From assembly GCF_009914755.1 (NCBI RefSeq), contig NC_060930.1: a stretch of 64,000 nt of DNA; one strand, written 5' to 3'. Both the position numbers and the translations under genes were made by a program. The notes below the pieces were generated by a model. The model was not told the DNA's origin. It saw only the letters and a list, made by a program, of their open reading frames with translations, and searched no databases. Shown piece by piece: positions 25,436 through 39,739 of this stretch (the first letter of the stretch is position 1; every line of letters starts with the position of its first letter). Origin of the DNA: the human T2T-CHM13v2.0 reference genome, Homo sapiens.

Positions 25436-28400
25436 CAAGACCCAACATTCACAAAGTGTATTCTCAGAGCTCAGCAAAATATTAGTAAGCATTAAGTGAT
25501 TTTCTGGTTTCTGTAGTCTATTACATTTTTAAAATGTCTACTTCAGCAAAGTTAAGACTTTTCTTAACTACTGCCTATTAGATTCTTGCAAATATTAATG
25601 TCCATTGTGACTATTAAAGAAGGGCATGGCTACACAACATTTCTAAAGCTAATTTGAAATTGAAATATTTTTTATCTTATAAAAATAATATTACTGTGAT
25701 ATTATTGAGCTATTACTCAATATTAATAATAATATTACTGAGCTAGTCTAAGGTCTAGTAGTGTCTCTGATAAATAGATGAGGTATAAAGAGATGAGGTA
25801 AAATTAACTATTAAGTTGAATGTTTCTTTGTCATTCAGTATCAGAGTTTCTACTATGAAAGTCTGAGCTCCTAGAAAGTGCCATATCAATTTAGCTTTAT
25901 TTTTGTAGCACTCAATATTTTAACACACATATTTAAATACTTTATTATGAAATTCATTTCAAAAATTAATGATATATTTCATGCCCCCTTCCAAAATGTT
26001 GCATAAAGTATTAAATATATTCAAATATCTTCCAGTTATGGTTACTATAAATTATGCTAAGATGGTTTTCATGTTCACAGAACATGCACTGAAAAGTTTC
26101 TCTTTTGAGATATTTTTGTTTTGTTTGAATCAGGAAGTTATTTGGAAAGCTGAAAGCTGGGTCGAGTTTTTCAGCTCAGGAGAAATGTTTGTGGAAACAG
26201 ATTGAGAATATTAGAAAGAATGAAGACCCATTTCTCTTTCTCTCACTGTATTACATCACTGGGAATCCATTCATTTAGTTCAACAACTTTCTCTTTAGAA
26301 ATACATACAATGGCTGAGAGAATAATTTGTTTGTCATACATATAACGTCTATCTCTGTTAGCTTATCTGATTATGTCATCTCATAACTGTACATTCGCTG
26401 ACATTTCTTTTAATCTGGGAATATGAGTAAAGCCAAGCATGCACTGAATTGTTTGAATGATAAATGAATCTTTGTCAACTAGCTGACAGGAACCTATCTG
26501 AAAATATTAACGTTGAGAAGTAAATAACAGAAGGATAATGTGGACTTGAATGAGATGTAACAGTGTGTAGCAGGAGGGCAATGAAATCTTCCCCGCCAAA
26601 AAAATGCACAAGTTCTTGCCCTGTCATGGCAGCTTAGGCTATTATCTGCTGATAAATGTCTTATAGTATATTTTGGGTTAAAATGGAAAACTCAAGTTGC
26701 TGATATTATATGGATAAAGATAAGTATGTATGTGATAAAATGTAACAGAAATGAGAGTTCAAAGACAACAACATAGAATTTTGTAGAGAATAATTTCAAG
26801 CATGTGAATTGTCTTTGTTCTAAGAGCTTTTGGAGATTTTAGACCCTGTCATTATGTGAAGGGAGCAGGTGTATTCATTTGTTTTATTTATCACTTTCTC
26901 TTGCCTTTCATCATCAAAATTTAAAAGTGAAATTCATCACTCTAAGTTATATAATCAAAAGGCTTCATTTGAATAATGATTAAATAATTGAGGAAGAAAT
27001 ATGTAAAGGGGCAGATCTTGAAAGATATGTTATGAAATAGCTGCTGAAATTACTTACATTAAAAAAACAGTGTCAATAAATGAAAAATACTCTCAGCAAT
27101 GCCTTTGGCATATAGTTACATTTCTGGTAATTACAGAGATTGGGGCTTCTCATCAGTCTTCTCAATTTGAACATGTTCCAAAAGAAAACATCTGGAATCT
27201 AGTAGATGCAAAATCAGTGTGTGAATACAGCTATAAAGTAGCAACACACTATCCTGTCCGTGAAGTTCATCACTCTAAAATTATTCCTTTGTTGAAATTA
27301 TTCAAAACACTAAACCATGGTTTATTAAGCATAGTCTGTAGGGTACTACAAAAAAGACATTCTTAGGGTAGAACTAATGTTACCCACAACATACCAGTCT
27401 ATAAATTCCAACCAAGTTAGCAAACTGTTATGTGACTTGGGAAATATGAATTCATGCAGCAGTAAATAAGTTATCTCTTTTACATTCTTCCTTCAGAAAC
27501 AGCCAGTGAAATATATGGCCATAAGTAAGCATGTACAGGATGACTGCACTGGATGAGATTTGCCAGATTTTCTGAGGAACAGAAATAGGAAATGAAATAA
27601 GAATTTTAAAAGAAAATGAATTCTCAGTAGAGCTTTGTTAAGTATTGTTTGTATAATTTAAGGGAAGTTATTTCAATATGTTTGGCTTTTGTTAGACATA
27701 GAGTTTTCATTTCGGTAATGATTTTTCGGTCATAAAAATAATTTAATTTTCTCTAGTTTCAAGTGAACCTGGATATTTCAAATAATCTTTCTTTTGCCGT
27801 AAATTACAAGATTTTCCAGTTTGACCACTGGCGCTTAACCTAACTACATACTGAAGGTAAATAAAAGGACTTATTAAAAGGAGTTGAGAAGACATGGAAA
27901 TCACATTCTTGTTCCAGTGTTGAACTGTTTCATAAATAGTTACTAGCATTTAGAATTGTTTCAACAAATTGCACTATTTGCATAGAGATTTTGTAATTTT
28001 TTTACTTCAGTAATTTTTAAAATTTATTTCTTTTATTCTGAAAAAAATACTTATAACAGATTTTAAAATTTTGCTTATATTTAAAAATTACCAATGCAAA
28101 GGTAAACATGTTCTCCAAAAGCTTTAAAAATGAGTTTCCAAACACAAATTCAACCTTTTTTTTTTTAATATAGGAATGATAGTAAAAATAGTATAATTTA
28201 ACATTCAACCACCTTATTGCCTCTTCTAAGGTAGAAGAGTAAAAACAAAGAGAAAAAAAAAAAAAAAACAAACTTTTTTTCTTGTTTGTGTCTTCAGGAA
28301 TGCTCTTACCAAAAATGAACTTAGTTTTTCTGTATCACATATTCCACATCTATAATATCAGGAATATAGAAGAAAAATTTGAAATGTGGTTAAAGGTCAA

Positions 28401-28575
28401 AAGAATATCTTTGTTTAGTTCACTTATAGTGTCACTGGACATATCATAGCTAATGGTATCCTTTGTCCTTTTCAGTGTTGTAAACCTGGGACAATATCCA
28501 CCAATGTTAAGGGTCTTGTGATGACTCAAAATATCTAAAGAGCTCCCCCTTTGAAATATCTTCTCAATAACATTA

Positions 28576-28615
28576 CACACACACACACACACACAAACAC
28601 ACACAAACACACACA
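28576..28615. repeat. (CA)n microsatellite, interrupted
   Basis: Direct reading. Confidence 0.95.
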
Positions 28616-28898
28616 AATGAAACATCTTATTACATTAAATATTATTTGCCTACAATGCTATCATTTATTTTGATGTTCACCTCAACACAATAAATACTTT
28701 TGAAATTTTTTTTCTTGTTTGCAAAAGTCAAATCCAGCATCCAAAATAAAGACTTGCTGCCTGAAAAGTCTTTTCAGATTGCCTGGCAATTACAATATAT
28801 CTTAAGCACAGGCAATATCCGTGGTTTAAGTGGCTACTTTGAAGAGCTGATGCCCCTTCAGATGCATAAATTATAATTTATTAAAAATAAGTCATCTT

Positions 28899-30625
28899 GT
28901 GTCTTTATAGTAGAATGATTTATAATCCTTCAGGTATATACCCAGTAATGGGATTGCTGGGTCAAATGGTATTTCTGGTTCTAGGTCCTTGAAGAATCGC
29001 CACACTGACTTCCAAAATGGTTGAACTAGTTTACACTCCCTCTAACAGTGTAAAAGCTTTCATATTTCTCCACATCCTTACCAGCATCTATTGTTTCCTG
29101 ACTTTTTAATGATGGCCATTCTAACTGGTGTGAGATGGTATTTCATTGTGGTTTTGATTTGCATTTCCCTAATGACCAGTGACGAACTTTTTTTCATATG
29201 TTTGTTGGCTGCATAAATGTCTTCTTTTGAGAAGTGTCTGTTCATATCCTTCACCCATTTTTTGATAGGGTTGTTTGTTTTTTTCCTTGTTAATTTGTTT
29301 AAGTTCTTTGTAGATTCAGGATATTAGCCCTTTGTCAGATGGATAGATTGCAAAAAATTTCTCCCATTCTGTAGGTTGCCTGTTCACTCTGATGATAGTT
29401 TCTTTTGCTATGCAAAAGCTCTTTAGTTTAATGAGATCCCATGTGTGAATTTTGGCTTTTGTTGCCATTGCTTTTGGTATTTTAATCATGAAGACTTTGC
29501 CCATGCCTATGGCCTGAATGGTACTGCCTAAGTTTTCTTCTAAGATTTTTATGATTTTAGGTCTTATGTTTTAGTCTTTAATCCCTCTAGAGTTAATTTT
29601 TGTATAAGGTGTAAGGAAGGGGTCCAGTCTCAGTTTTCTGCATGGGGCTAGCCAGTTTTCCCTACACCATTTATAAAATAGGGAATACTTTCCCCATTGC
29701 TTATTTTTGTCAGGTTTGTCAAAGATCAGATAGTTGTAGATGTGTGGTGTTATTTCTGAGGCCTCTGTTCTGTTCCATTGGTCTATATATCTGTTTTGGT
29801 ACCAGTACCATGCTGTTTTGGTACTGTAGCCTTGTAGTATAGTTTGAAGTCAGGTAGCATGATGCCTCCAGCTTTGTTCTTTTTGCCTAGGATTGTTTTG
29901 GCTATACAGGCTCTTTTTTGGTTCCATATAAAATTTAAAGTAGTTTTTTCTAATTATTTGATGAAAATCAATGGTAGCTTGATGGGGATAGCATTGAATC
30001 TATAAATTACTTTGGGCAGTATGGCCATTTTCACGATATTGATTCCTCCTATCCATGAGCATGGGATGTTTTTCCATTTGTTTGTGTCTTCTCTTATTTT
30101 CTTGAGCAGTGGTTTGTAGTTCTCTTGTAGAGATTCTTCACATCCCTTATAAGTTGTACATGTATGTTTATTATGGCACTATTCACAATAGCAAAGACTT
30201 GGAACCAATCCAAATGCCCATCAATGATAGACTGGATAAAGAAAATGTGGCACATATACATCATGGAATACTATGCAGCCATAAGAAATAATGAGTTCAT
30301 GTCTTTTGCAGGGACATGGATAAAGCTGGAAGCTGTCATTTTCAGCAAACTAACACAGGAACAGAAAACCAAACACTCCATGTTCTCACTCATAAATGGC
30401 TGTTGAACAATGAGAACACATGGACACAGGGAAGGGAACATCACACACTGGGGCCTATCGGGGGTGGGGGGCTAGGACAGGGATAGCAGTAGGAGAAATA
30501 CCTAATGTAGATGACTGGTTAACAAGTGCAGCAAACCACCATGGCACATGTATACCTATGTAACAAACCTGCATGTTCTGCACATGTATCCCAGAACTTA
30601 AAGTATAATAATAATAAAAAAAGAA
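28899..30625 (+). mobile_element. L1PA7/8-type element with 5' inversion (28899-30155 inverted)
   Basis: Antisense ORF2 end, then sense tacatgtatgtttatt…ccagaacttaaagtataat; TSD aaaaataag(t/c)catctt. Confidence 0.92.
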
Positions 30626-30799
30626 AAAAATAAGCCATCTTATTTATCAGTCTTAGAGATAATATTTTGGAAGATAAAATAAAACAAAAATAAGACATAT
30701 CTTTGGGGAGTAAAATGATAAGTCTAGTAAATATGCAGCCAAATAATTTGGGCTGCTGTTTCGGAAAGCACCCAAAGACCTGGGAGGCAGTAGAGTCCA

Positions 30800-31058
30800 A
30801 CGGCTGAGAGAGCAACATGTGAGGGGCCAGGCTACCTGTATTTGTGTGCTTGTTCTGACACTAACTAGCTCTATGACCTTAGACAAATTATGTAACTTTT
30901 ATGTGTCTCAATTTTCTTATCTACCAATGGGCATAATGTCCCACTTTGTTGTTAAAAGGATTAAATACGTTAATAATTAAAGCATTTATATGGACTTATA
31001 CAGTAGCAATTCTTAGCATGAGAACAATTCTTAACACATAGTAAGTACTTAACAAATA
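30800..31058 (+). mobile_element. MIR
   Basis: ctagctctatgaccttagacaaatta…gtctcaattttcttatct…acatagtaagtacttaacaaat. Confidence 0.75.
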
Positions 31059-31739
31059 AAAAGAGACTTGAACTCATGCTCAGCAGTGGCTATATATAAC
31101 CATATATACATACATTTTTTTCTGGTGATCTGCATGCCTATTAAATGAGAAGGTTGGATTTGTTGAATTATATTTAAATTAATCGTGTTAAAATTCTTAA
31201 AATCTGATAAGCAACCAGGATACAGAAAATTAAGACTGGTTTTTGTATGCTAGTACTTCAGAAAAAGAATCAATCCCATTATTTAAGAGAAAGATGTTTC
31301 TTTCTATTCCTGAATGAATGCAAGTGAGAAACCTTTAAAAACGGAAAATAAATTAGAAGTTTATTTTAAAATTACAAAATGAGGACTAGGGCTAGCTCAC
31401 AGAAGAAAGCTGTAAGAATTACCATGAATACATGTACACTAGTATTATATTATAGACATATAACATATGAATTTCTAGGCATAAATATATTCAGGAAAAG
31501 GATCACTTACATGAATAGCTAAGTTACAGCACTTTATTTTTTTCCCCAACTCACTGGAACACTATATTAAATTTTATAAATATTAGGAACCTAAGTAATA
31601 ATGTCACTTATATTTATTATACCGATTTTCTCTAGTATTGATATTAACCACTAGAAAACTGATTTATTATCTTCCACATTAATCCCATTTCTTGGGAAAT
31701 TAACTGTGGTTAACAAGCAGAACAGGAATTTGGAGTGCC

Positions 31740-32110
31740 TGTTTTGTGTATCCCTCAAAATTAATGGAGAAATTACTACAGGACCATCTTAGAGGACCAA
31801 ACACTGAATACAGAAACAAAGGCCAGAAGGCTAGATCATAACTGCCACTGCTATTCTGGTGGGTCACCATGGACAGTGCGGTAGTGCTGCTACCCTGAAA
31901 AGTAAATTCTAAACTGCCTTTGCTTCCTTGTGACACTCCCTACAGATTCAAAGGCAGGTATAGCTGATGGGCCAAATCTAAGTTATGGGCCATAATCTAG
32001 CTGTCACAGAGTAAAGAGAACAAGTATTTGGACTTTCCACCACTCACTCTGGAAAGCAGGGAACAATGTAGTAGTCTGGTAACATAAGTTCAAATTGCTG
32101 GGTAATCAAA
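31740..32110 (-). mobile_element. Old ERVL LTR fragment (LTR33-like)
   Basis: agattcaaaggcagg…gctgatgggccaaatctaagttatg…ctagctg…agtatttgg. Confidence 0.4.
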
Positions 32111-32149
32111 ACCAAAAAAACATACATTTATTACATTGATCAAGATGAG

Positions 32150-32390
32150 GTAATTGAAAGAGCACGTATTCTGAAGAAAGACAAGCTAAGCTTGCATCCA
32201 AATCAGGAATCAGTAATTGTGTGTTATTTCACAATGTAAAAAAAAAAAACTTAAGACTATTACTTTTCCAAATGTAGATCACGTGTAAATTATTGGAAAA
32301 CATGTGAAAGCCTGTTGTGAGAACTAAAATAAATAATTCATCTAAAAGTGTGAGACTGGTAGAAGTTATCTAATGCATGTTAATTAACAT
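32150..32390 (+). mobile_element. MIR
   Basis: gaaagagcacgtattctg…gttgtgagaactaaaataaataat. Confidence 0.45.
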
Positions 32391-32985
32391 CCATAATCTA
32401 CTTTCACTTTTCTTTGCCTTTACAAAAAAGAAAAGAAAGGTGTTTGATATTGAGAATTTTACATCTGGAACCGATACTGAAACTTTCTGTTTTACATTTT
32501 TGGTTGACATTAATAAGGCACTTCAAGCTGGTGTGGGTGGACGTTCTTTCCTGTTGAAAAGAGAACAAAACCCTCAACAAGGAGCAGCTGGAGACAAACT
32601 TGGAGCGAGGAAAAGCAGAAAGTGTTGCGAAGCATAATCATTTAAATCACAGATTAAGTCAACATAATAGCAGAGAAAATGCAGGAAATTCAAAATGTTT
32701 GACTATAGTGGCAACCTCACAGAGTCTTTTCTTTGGGATCAACAGAGAAAATGAGCTAAATGAATACAATTTTATATCTCCTGACATAGAAGTAAAGGAT
32801 TCATGAGCAAATGTTTTATTTTATACTATAATTTTTAAAATATTTCCTTTAAATACAAAGCCTTAACCAACAAAATGTAACCATTAGCTTCATGAAAAAC
32901 AATAAAAATAAGAGTTATTAACTATTACGCTTTCTTGATATTTCATTATATACACATCCAAATTAATTTGATTTAAGAAATATCA

Positions 32986-33093
32986 TTTTTATTTTTATTT
33001 ATAACTTGTATTTTAAGTTCAGGGGTACACGTGCAGGATGTGCATGTTTGTTACATAAGTAAACATGTGACATGGGAATTTGTGGTACCGATA
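32986..33093 (-). mobile_element. Extremely 5'-truncated L1PA 3' end (about 105 bp)
   Basis: ttttaagttcaggggtacacgtgcaggatgtgcatgtttgttacata; TSD aagaaata(tc/ct)attttt. Confidence 0.85.
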
Positions 33094-33114
33094 AAAGAAA
33101 TACTATTTTTAACT

Positions 33115-33180
33115 ATCTCATGTACACCATGAATATATACACCTACTAAGTACCCACAAAAATTACAAATAAAAAAAATT
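33115..33180 (+). mobile_element. L1MA1-3-type 3' tip
   Basis: atctcatgtacaccatgaatatatacacctactaagtacccacaaaaatt. Confidence 0.75.
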
Positions 33181-35742
33181 TTCATACCATTTTTTTCTGC
33201 AATCATTGAAAAGCTAAAATCGAAATAATAGAAGCCAAATAAATGTATCAGAGAAAGTTATATTTTCCCCCCAAAATAAAATTGTAAGTGAGAAATCAGG
33301 TACCATTATATGATACAGCTAGAAAATGAAGTAAAGATATATTTTTAAATAAATTTTTCACAAGACACTGATTCTGATGTGCAAAAAAAAAAAAAAAAAA
33401 AAAAAAGAGAGAGAGAATGAAAAAAATAGTAACTTTAAATTCTTGGCTGCTGCGACCACAGGCTAGTTTAAAGTTTTCAAGTTAATGGTTCAAAAGATCA
33501 TAAGCTCTCCATCTGTCACCCTCAAGTCAAGCTGCATATAATGATGAATACCTGTTACCTTGCTACATAAAAGTTTCATCTGAGGCTTTCTCCCTCATTA
33601 ATTAATGCAATAGGAAACTGGCATGGCTCTAGAGAGAAACATTTGCCATGCAAAGGAAGGAGTTAGCTTTATTTCAAAATGAATCAACCCTTCAGTATTT
33701 TTACAATTTTATATATGAATGTGAGGACTTATATACGTATTAATTATTTATTCCCTCCTTATTCTAAGAATGAGTTAGGAGCTTTGCCTTACAAGGCAAT
33801 GTGATTAGGGACTTTATGGAAGACTTTTTTTTTAAAAAAAAAGATATTTTTAAGAGAAAATGGTTGTCAGGTTCATACTTTTTATTAGCTAGCAGTCATG
33901 GAAGTTCCAAGTGACTGGTAAATTTATTTTTTAAATTAAGACAAAGGTGGAAGTTGTTTTCCTTTTGTTATTTGTTCGTTCACATCTTCAATTGAAGCAA
34001 AACCTCAAAATGCTCAGGTTCATGGAAAATCTAAATTTGTTGCATATTTGTATTACCAGGAGTAATTTTCCAAAGAGCATCATCAACCTCACTATTTGGT
34101 TTGAATGCAAACTTACACAATATTTCTTGAAGATGAAATAAGATGTGGAATTGTTTATGTGCTTCTTGGATGCCACCTCTGAGCATAACTATGATGACAG
34201 ATTTGAGAAGATCAGTAAATAATGCCTAGGCAGGCTTACAGATGACTTTGTCCTTGGACTAAATCTTTAAAACCAGAGACCTAATGACTGAATCTATATT
34301 GCAGACTTCATCTTCTTGAATCTTGAAGTCAAAAAACATAGACATAGCACTTTTCACTTTCCATTCCCTTTTTTCCACTTTATCCTCTGCCTTTCAAAAT
34401 AAGACAGAAAAAAAATAAGCAATTGAATCTTGAACACAGTGTTCCATTTATTTATCACTTCTGAAATACCATAATCTTGAGCAGATGTTAATCAAAACTT
34501 TATCATCAACAATCTTCTCTATCTCTGTATTTGGAGTAGATAATGGAGTATTCAGGCAAGATAACAATTAGTAACGATATTTTCTATTAACTTTCCAGAA
34601 GTTTGTTTTAAGGCATAATTATCCTCATTGAAGTAAAACTTCAGGAGAAACACAACTTATAAATTCATTTTATGAAAACAAATTTAGCATTGATATCAAA
34701 ACATTGTAAAGATTACACACAAAAAATACAGATAAATCCTATTTATAAATATTTATAAAAATTACACATCATGACCCAGATTTATTCCATGAAGAAGCAT
34801 GCAGTTGAATATTAAGAAATGCATTACTATAACGATTCATATTAATAGGTCTAAGGAACACTAGTAAAATACACATTAATTAATAAATACTTAAATAACA
34901 TGCCAAAGAAATACATGCACTTCTTTACGTATCAGGCACAAATCCTGCATATTACATGAGAAAGGAATGCTAAAGTCAGTTCTAGTAATGTCAGAAAAAA
35001 TACAAGGTTGGCTACTATAACTAGTAATATATTGAACATATCTTCAATGTAATCAAAGCAAATAGAGGCATTAAAAATCAGAAAAGATATAAAATATTCT
35101 CCAATTTAATGAAATAAAATGAGAAATTAACTCATAAATTAATAGCCTTTATATGTGCAAGTAATAGCCAACTAGATAACATGATGGATTAAAACATGAC
35201 ATTTAAAATAACTAAAATATCTAAACATAAACTTATCAAAGAATAAAAGTCATTTCTGAAAAGCAAAAACATAGACTTGAACAAATGGAAAGACATACCA
35301 TACTCATGAATAGAAAATTCAACATCAAAAAGCTGCTAATGGTTTCTAAGTTAATTATAAATTTAATATAATTACAACAGATAAGTTTATTTTTTATTCT
35401 GCAGCTTGAAATTTTTATTTAAAAGTTTCTAGGAAAAAAGAAAGAAAAATACCAGAATAGCTAAGTAAACACTTAGATTTAAAAAAAGCAAAATGTGTGT
35501 TTGTTTGCATGAGTGTGTGAGAGACAGAGTTTGGGAGGTAAAGGTGGGTAGAGCTAGTCTGTAGGATGTTAAAGCATACTATAAAGGCTACATAATTAAA
35601 TGAGTATGGTAGTTATGCATAAATGGACAACACAGACCAATAAAACTGAATGGAAATTATAGAAATAGATCCAAGTGTATGGTGAAATTCAGTATAAGAT
35701 AAAAATGGCATCTCAAATACGTAGAGAAAAAAATAGACTTGT

Positions 35743-35999
35743 GGCCGGACATGGTGGCTTACACCTGTAATCCCAGCACTTTGGGAGGCCAATGCAGGCG
35801 GATCATGAGGTCAGGATCGAGACCATCCTGGCTAACATGGTGAAACCCTATCTCTACTAAAAATACAAAAAAATAGCCGGGCGTGGTGGCGGGCGCCTGT
35901 AGTCCCAGCTACTCTGGAGGCTGAGGCAGGAGAATGGCATGAACCCGGGAGGTGGAGCTTGCAGTGAGCCTGGGCGACAGAGCGAAAAAAAAAAAAAAA
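35743..35999 (+). mobile_element. AluY with two right-arm deletions
   Basis: AluY diagnostics; gcagtgagcc|tgggcgacagagcg|A-tail; TSD agacttgt. Confidence 0.9.
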
Positions 36000-36214
36000 A
36001 GACTTGTTAATAAATAATCCTCTCCAGGAACGACTGGATAGATATTTAAAGTACAAAGATAAAATTAGATCTGTTCTTATGAAACATATTCTACTACAAA
36101 TGCCAAAAATATCAATAATCTAAATAACAGAAAAGGAAAAAACACTGTACAAGCACTAAAACACTAAAAGAAAACAGTGGCAAATTTGGTTAAAACCTAA
36201 GAGTAGGGAAACAT

Positions 36215-36535
36215 TTTCTTGTAGAGTTGCCACAACAAAGTACGACAAGCCAAGTGGCTTAAACAACAAAAATTTAACAGCTTACATTTTTGAAGTCTAG
36301 AAGTATTAAATCAAGGGGTTGGCAAGATTTGCTCCGAGGGCTGGGAGTGGAAAACCTGTTTCAGGCTTCTCTTCTTGGCTTATCCACTGTGATTTTCTCC
36401 CGTGTCTCTCCACATCTTTCCTCTATGTGCGTCTCTGTGTTTAAATTTTCCCTTTTTCTAAGGACATAAGAGATTGAATTAGAGCCCACTTTAATGACCT
36501 CATTTTAATCTAATTATGGTTAAAACTCTGACATA
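36215..36535 (-). mobile_element. MLT1B/C LTR fragment
   Basis: aacaaagtac…gtggcttaaacaac…aaggac…agagcccactttaatgacctcattttaa. Confidence 0.75.
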
Positions 36536-37095
36536 CCTTTTTTTTTGAGAGTGGGGAAAAACTCAACCCATAACAACTCCAAAGAATAACAAAAAATACA
36601 AAATAAAAATACATAGTAAATTTGAACTACATAAAAGTATAATAATTCTATATACGGCAGACAAGTGATACCATATTGTAAATGACAATTGACAATCAGT
36701 GTCACTAATGCAAAATATTGGTACTAGAAATGAAAATAAAAGACTGGTAACCCAATGGAAAAATAGCCAATGATATGTTGAGATGGATTACAAAAAAATT
36801 ATCCTTGGAAACATGAGAAGTTAATAAAAGAAGAAATGCTTATCATTTCCCACTTATTAGGTTGGTCCACACTGTGACAGCATTTTCTGTTAGTGAGATT
36901 GTGGGGAAATGGCTATTTGCTCTGGATATGAAAAATAAAATAAGTGAAAGAGACATGGCAAACCAGGTAACAAAATTATCTAAGCATTTATTCATTGATC
37001 CAACAATTCCACTTCTAGAAATCTAGCCCCAATCTTATAGCAAAAATATGAAAATCTTTTACATAAGATTATTCATTGCGGCATGACTTGTTAAT

Positions 37096-37333
37096 CAAAG
37101 AATGGAAACAATTCTACTATCCATCATAGAAATATATTAAAGATAAATATAATTAGAAAGAAATTATGAACTCTATTTAGTTATCTTATTGTTAATAATA
37201 TTGGAAGAATGGAAATAATGGAAACAAAGAATGGAAACAATCCTACTATCCATCATAGAAATATATTAAGGATAAATGTAATTAGAAAGAAATTATGAAC
37301 TCTGTGTAGTAATCTTAGTAATATTAGCAAGAA
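37096..37333. repeat. Tandem duplication, period about 129 bp
   Basis: caaagaatggaaacaat.ctactatccatcatagaaatatattaa… at 37096 and 37225. Confidence 0.9.
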
Positions 37334-37713
37334 AACTTATTTCAGTTGCCAGCATCTCATCTCAAGTATAAGTTTACATCTTAAGTCTTTTCCTAAGCAC
37401 ATATATTGCAAAAACTGCACACAAATACTGCCTAGAATTAAGAGTGAGAGTGAGTCAGGGAAGTGGTTGGGAAAAATAGGGTAGAAATGTGGGGGTGTGG
37501 AAGATTAAAATCAGCAGAAGCAATTCTTAAACATAACAAGCAAATAACTTGAATGGGAGAAGTTCTCCACACAAAGAGAGAAGACTTAAATTTTCAGAAG
37601 CAGGAGGGATACCAAGGATGAAGAATAAAAAGAAGCAAGAAACCAGTCCAGCAGGAGGCCACCAATGTCCTGTGAGTGAATATGACGGAGTGGCAGAGAT
37701 AAAAGCTGCACTA

Positions 37714-38230
<517 letters not shown>

Positions 38231-38309
38231 CTACTGTAACATATTTTACTCTGAGGTGAATTTACTTATCTTGCCCCTCAATCATGATTTCCATAAAACA
38301 GGGATTACA

Positions 38310-38470
38310 TGGGTGCTTTAGTTAAAAGCATCAGGCCATGGACTATGAAAACATGCAGTTTAAATCAACCAAGACACCTAGGCAAATTAATCTCCCTGAG
38401 CAGTGATTTTTTTTCACTTATAAAATGGGGCTTCTAGTAATATACAGGATGCTAGATGAGAGGATATTTT
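38310..38470 (+). mobile_element. MIR
   Basis: tagttaaaagcatcagg…ggcaaattaatctccctgagc…tataaaatgggg. Confidence 0.55.
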
Positions 38471-39109
38471 GTCAATTGTACAAAACTTTCTTCTGAATAC
38501 AGAGAGTATATAAACTTAGTCTGGAAGTTAAACTTCATCACTCCATTATAAAACATGTTAAAGTCATAATAATGATTATAATAGAAGTAGTGGCAGCAGG
38601 TACAAAATTTTGAGATACAAAATTATACAGACATTTTAGATATGTTATTTAATATAATGCTTTATTAATACACTAAGATGTTAATAAAACTCCACAGGCA
38701 GATTAGTACATTATCATGCTCAAAGCATAACTACCCATGAAATGACTTACTAAACCACCCTGGAACTGCATCTTTTGTAGATAAGTTTTAGCTCTCACCC
38801 TAACAAGTGAATATAGAGATAATAAGCTGTAATCACTAAAACTAATGCTAATAAATGGTCGAGGTATTGGTTAGAAAAATAATGTAAATAGGTAGGCTCA
38901 TATACCTTCAAAGAAACTAGGTCAGACTGATGGTAATTCTTGTTTTTGAATTTACTATGATCCTACTAAGTTTAATGGATGTATAGTTCAAATAAGCACT
39001 TTAGGAGATTATTTTTCTCAGTTGTTTGTTTTACCAAAAAGACAGAATAAAATGTTAATCTCTGAAACTTTGTTACACTGACAAAAATTGACTTAGAACC
39101 TCTTTGAAG

Positions 39110-39345
39110 AAAAAGTTTTGGTGTTCTGTTACACAGTGGTGTGATTATAGCAAGTAATGATATACATCTCAAGATAGCTACAAGGTTCTAAACATCACCA
39201 CAAACAATGATAAATATTTAAAGTGATGAATATAGGAATTACCTAAATTTGATCATTATGCCATGTATACATGCATTGAAATATCACATTGTACACCATA
39301 ATTATGTACAATTATGTGTCAATTAATGTATAATTTAAAAAATTA
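39110..39345 (+). mobile_element. L1MA4-6-type 3' end
   Basis: tttgatcattatgccatgtatacatgcattgaaatatcacattgtacaccataattatgtacaattat. Confidence 0.75.
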
Positions 39346-39449
39346 AAAATGAAAACAACAGTTGATAGAAATGGTTCATCTGCAGGATTATGAATGACTG
39401 TATTCTTTATATTGGGGGATTTGCAAACATATTAATGTTTAATATTAGT

Positions 39450-39580
39450 AAGTAATAAAGAACATAGGCTTAAACATTGGACCACTTGGGCTTCTGTATC
39501 GGTTCTGCCAATTGCCAGCTGTATGATTTTTGGCCACATATGTGATCTTTCTTGCCTCAGAGTTCTCACTTGTGTGAAAA
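39450..39580 (+). mobile_element. MIR
   Basis: ggttctgccaattgccagctgtatgatttttggcc…gcctcagagttctcacttgtg. Confidence 0.55.
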
Positions 39581-39739
39581 AAAAAATACGTTTTTTTGTT
39601 TTTTTTTAATACCATACAGTCTTTTTATTTGAAAAGTTCCTGCATGATAGGAAATGTTCAATAATAGCAGTCTCTCATTTCTTACCATATGATGTGAGGA
39701 AGTAGAAAACACTGTGTTAAAAATAAGCTTATACTTGAA

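Larger units (their letters stand above)
34640..37360 (+). mobile_element. Old L1 (L1M4/L1ME) ORF2-3'UTR remnant, interrupted by AluY and MLT1
   Basis: agacttgaacaaatggaaagacatacc…aatagaaaattcaacat…gatccaacaattccacttctagaaatct. Confidence 0.65.

Noticed and set aside
27769-27850. Minus-strand 82-nt exon candidate (YVVRLSASGQTGK…)
   Set aside because: Good acceptor but poor donor (gttcac). Phase compatibility with the 22.1-kb segment has a one-in-three chance, and there is no homology.
14129-30406. L1 ORF2-like peptides as functional retrotransposon genes
   Set aside because: All L1s are 5'-truncated, frameshifted and full of stop codons.
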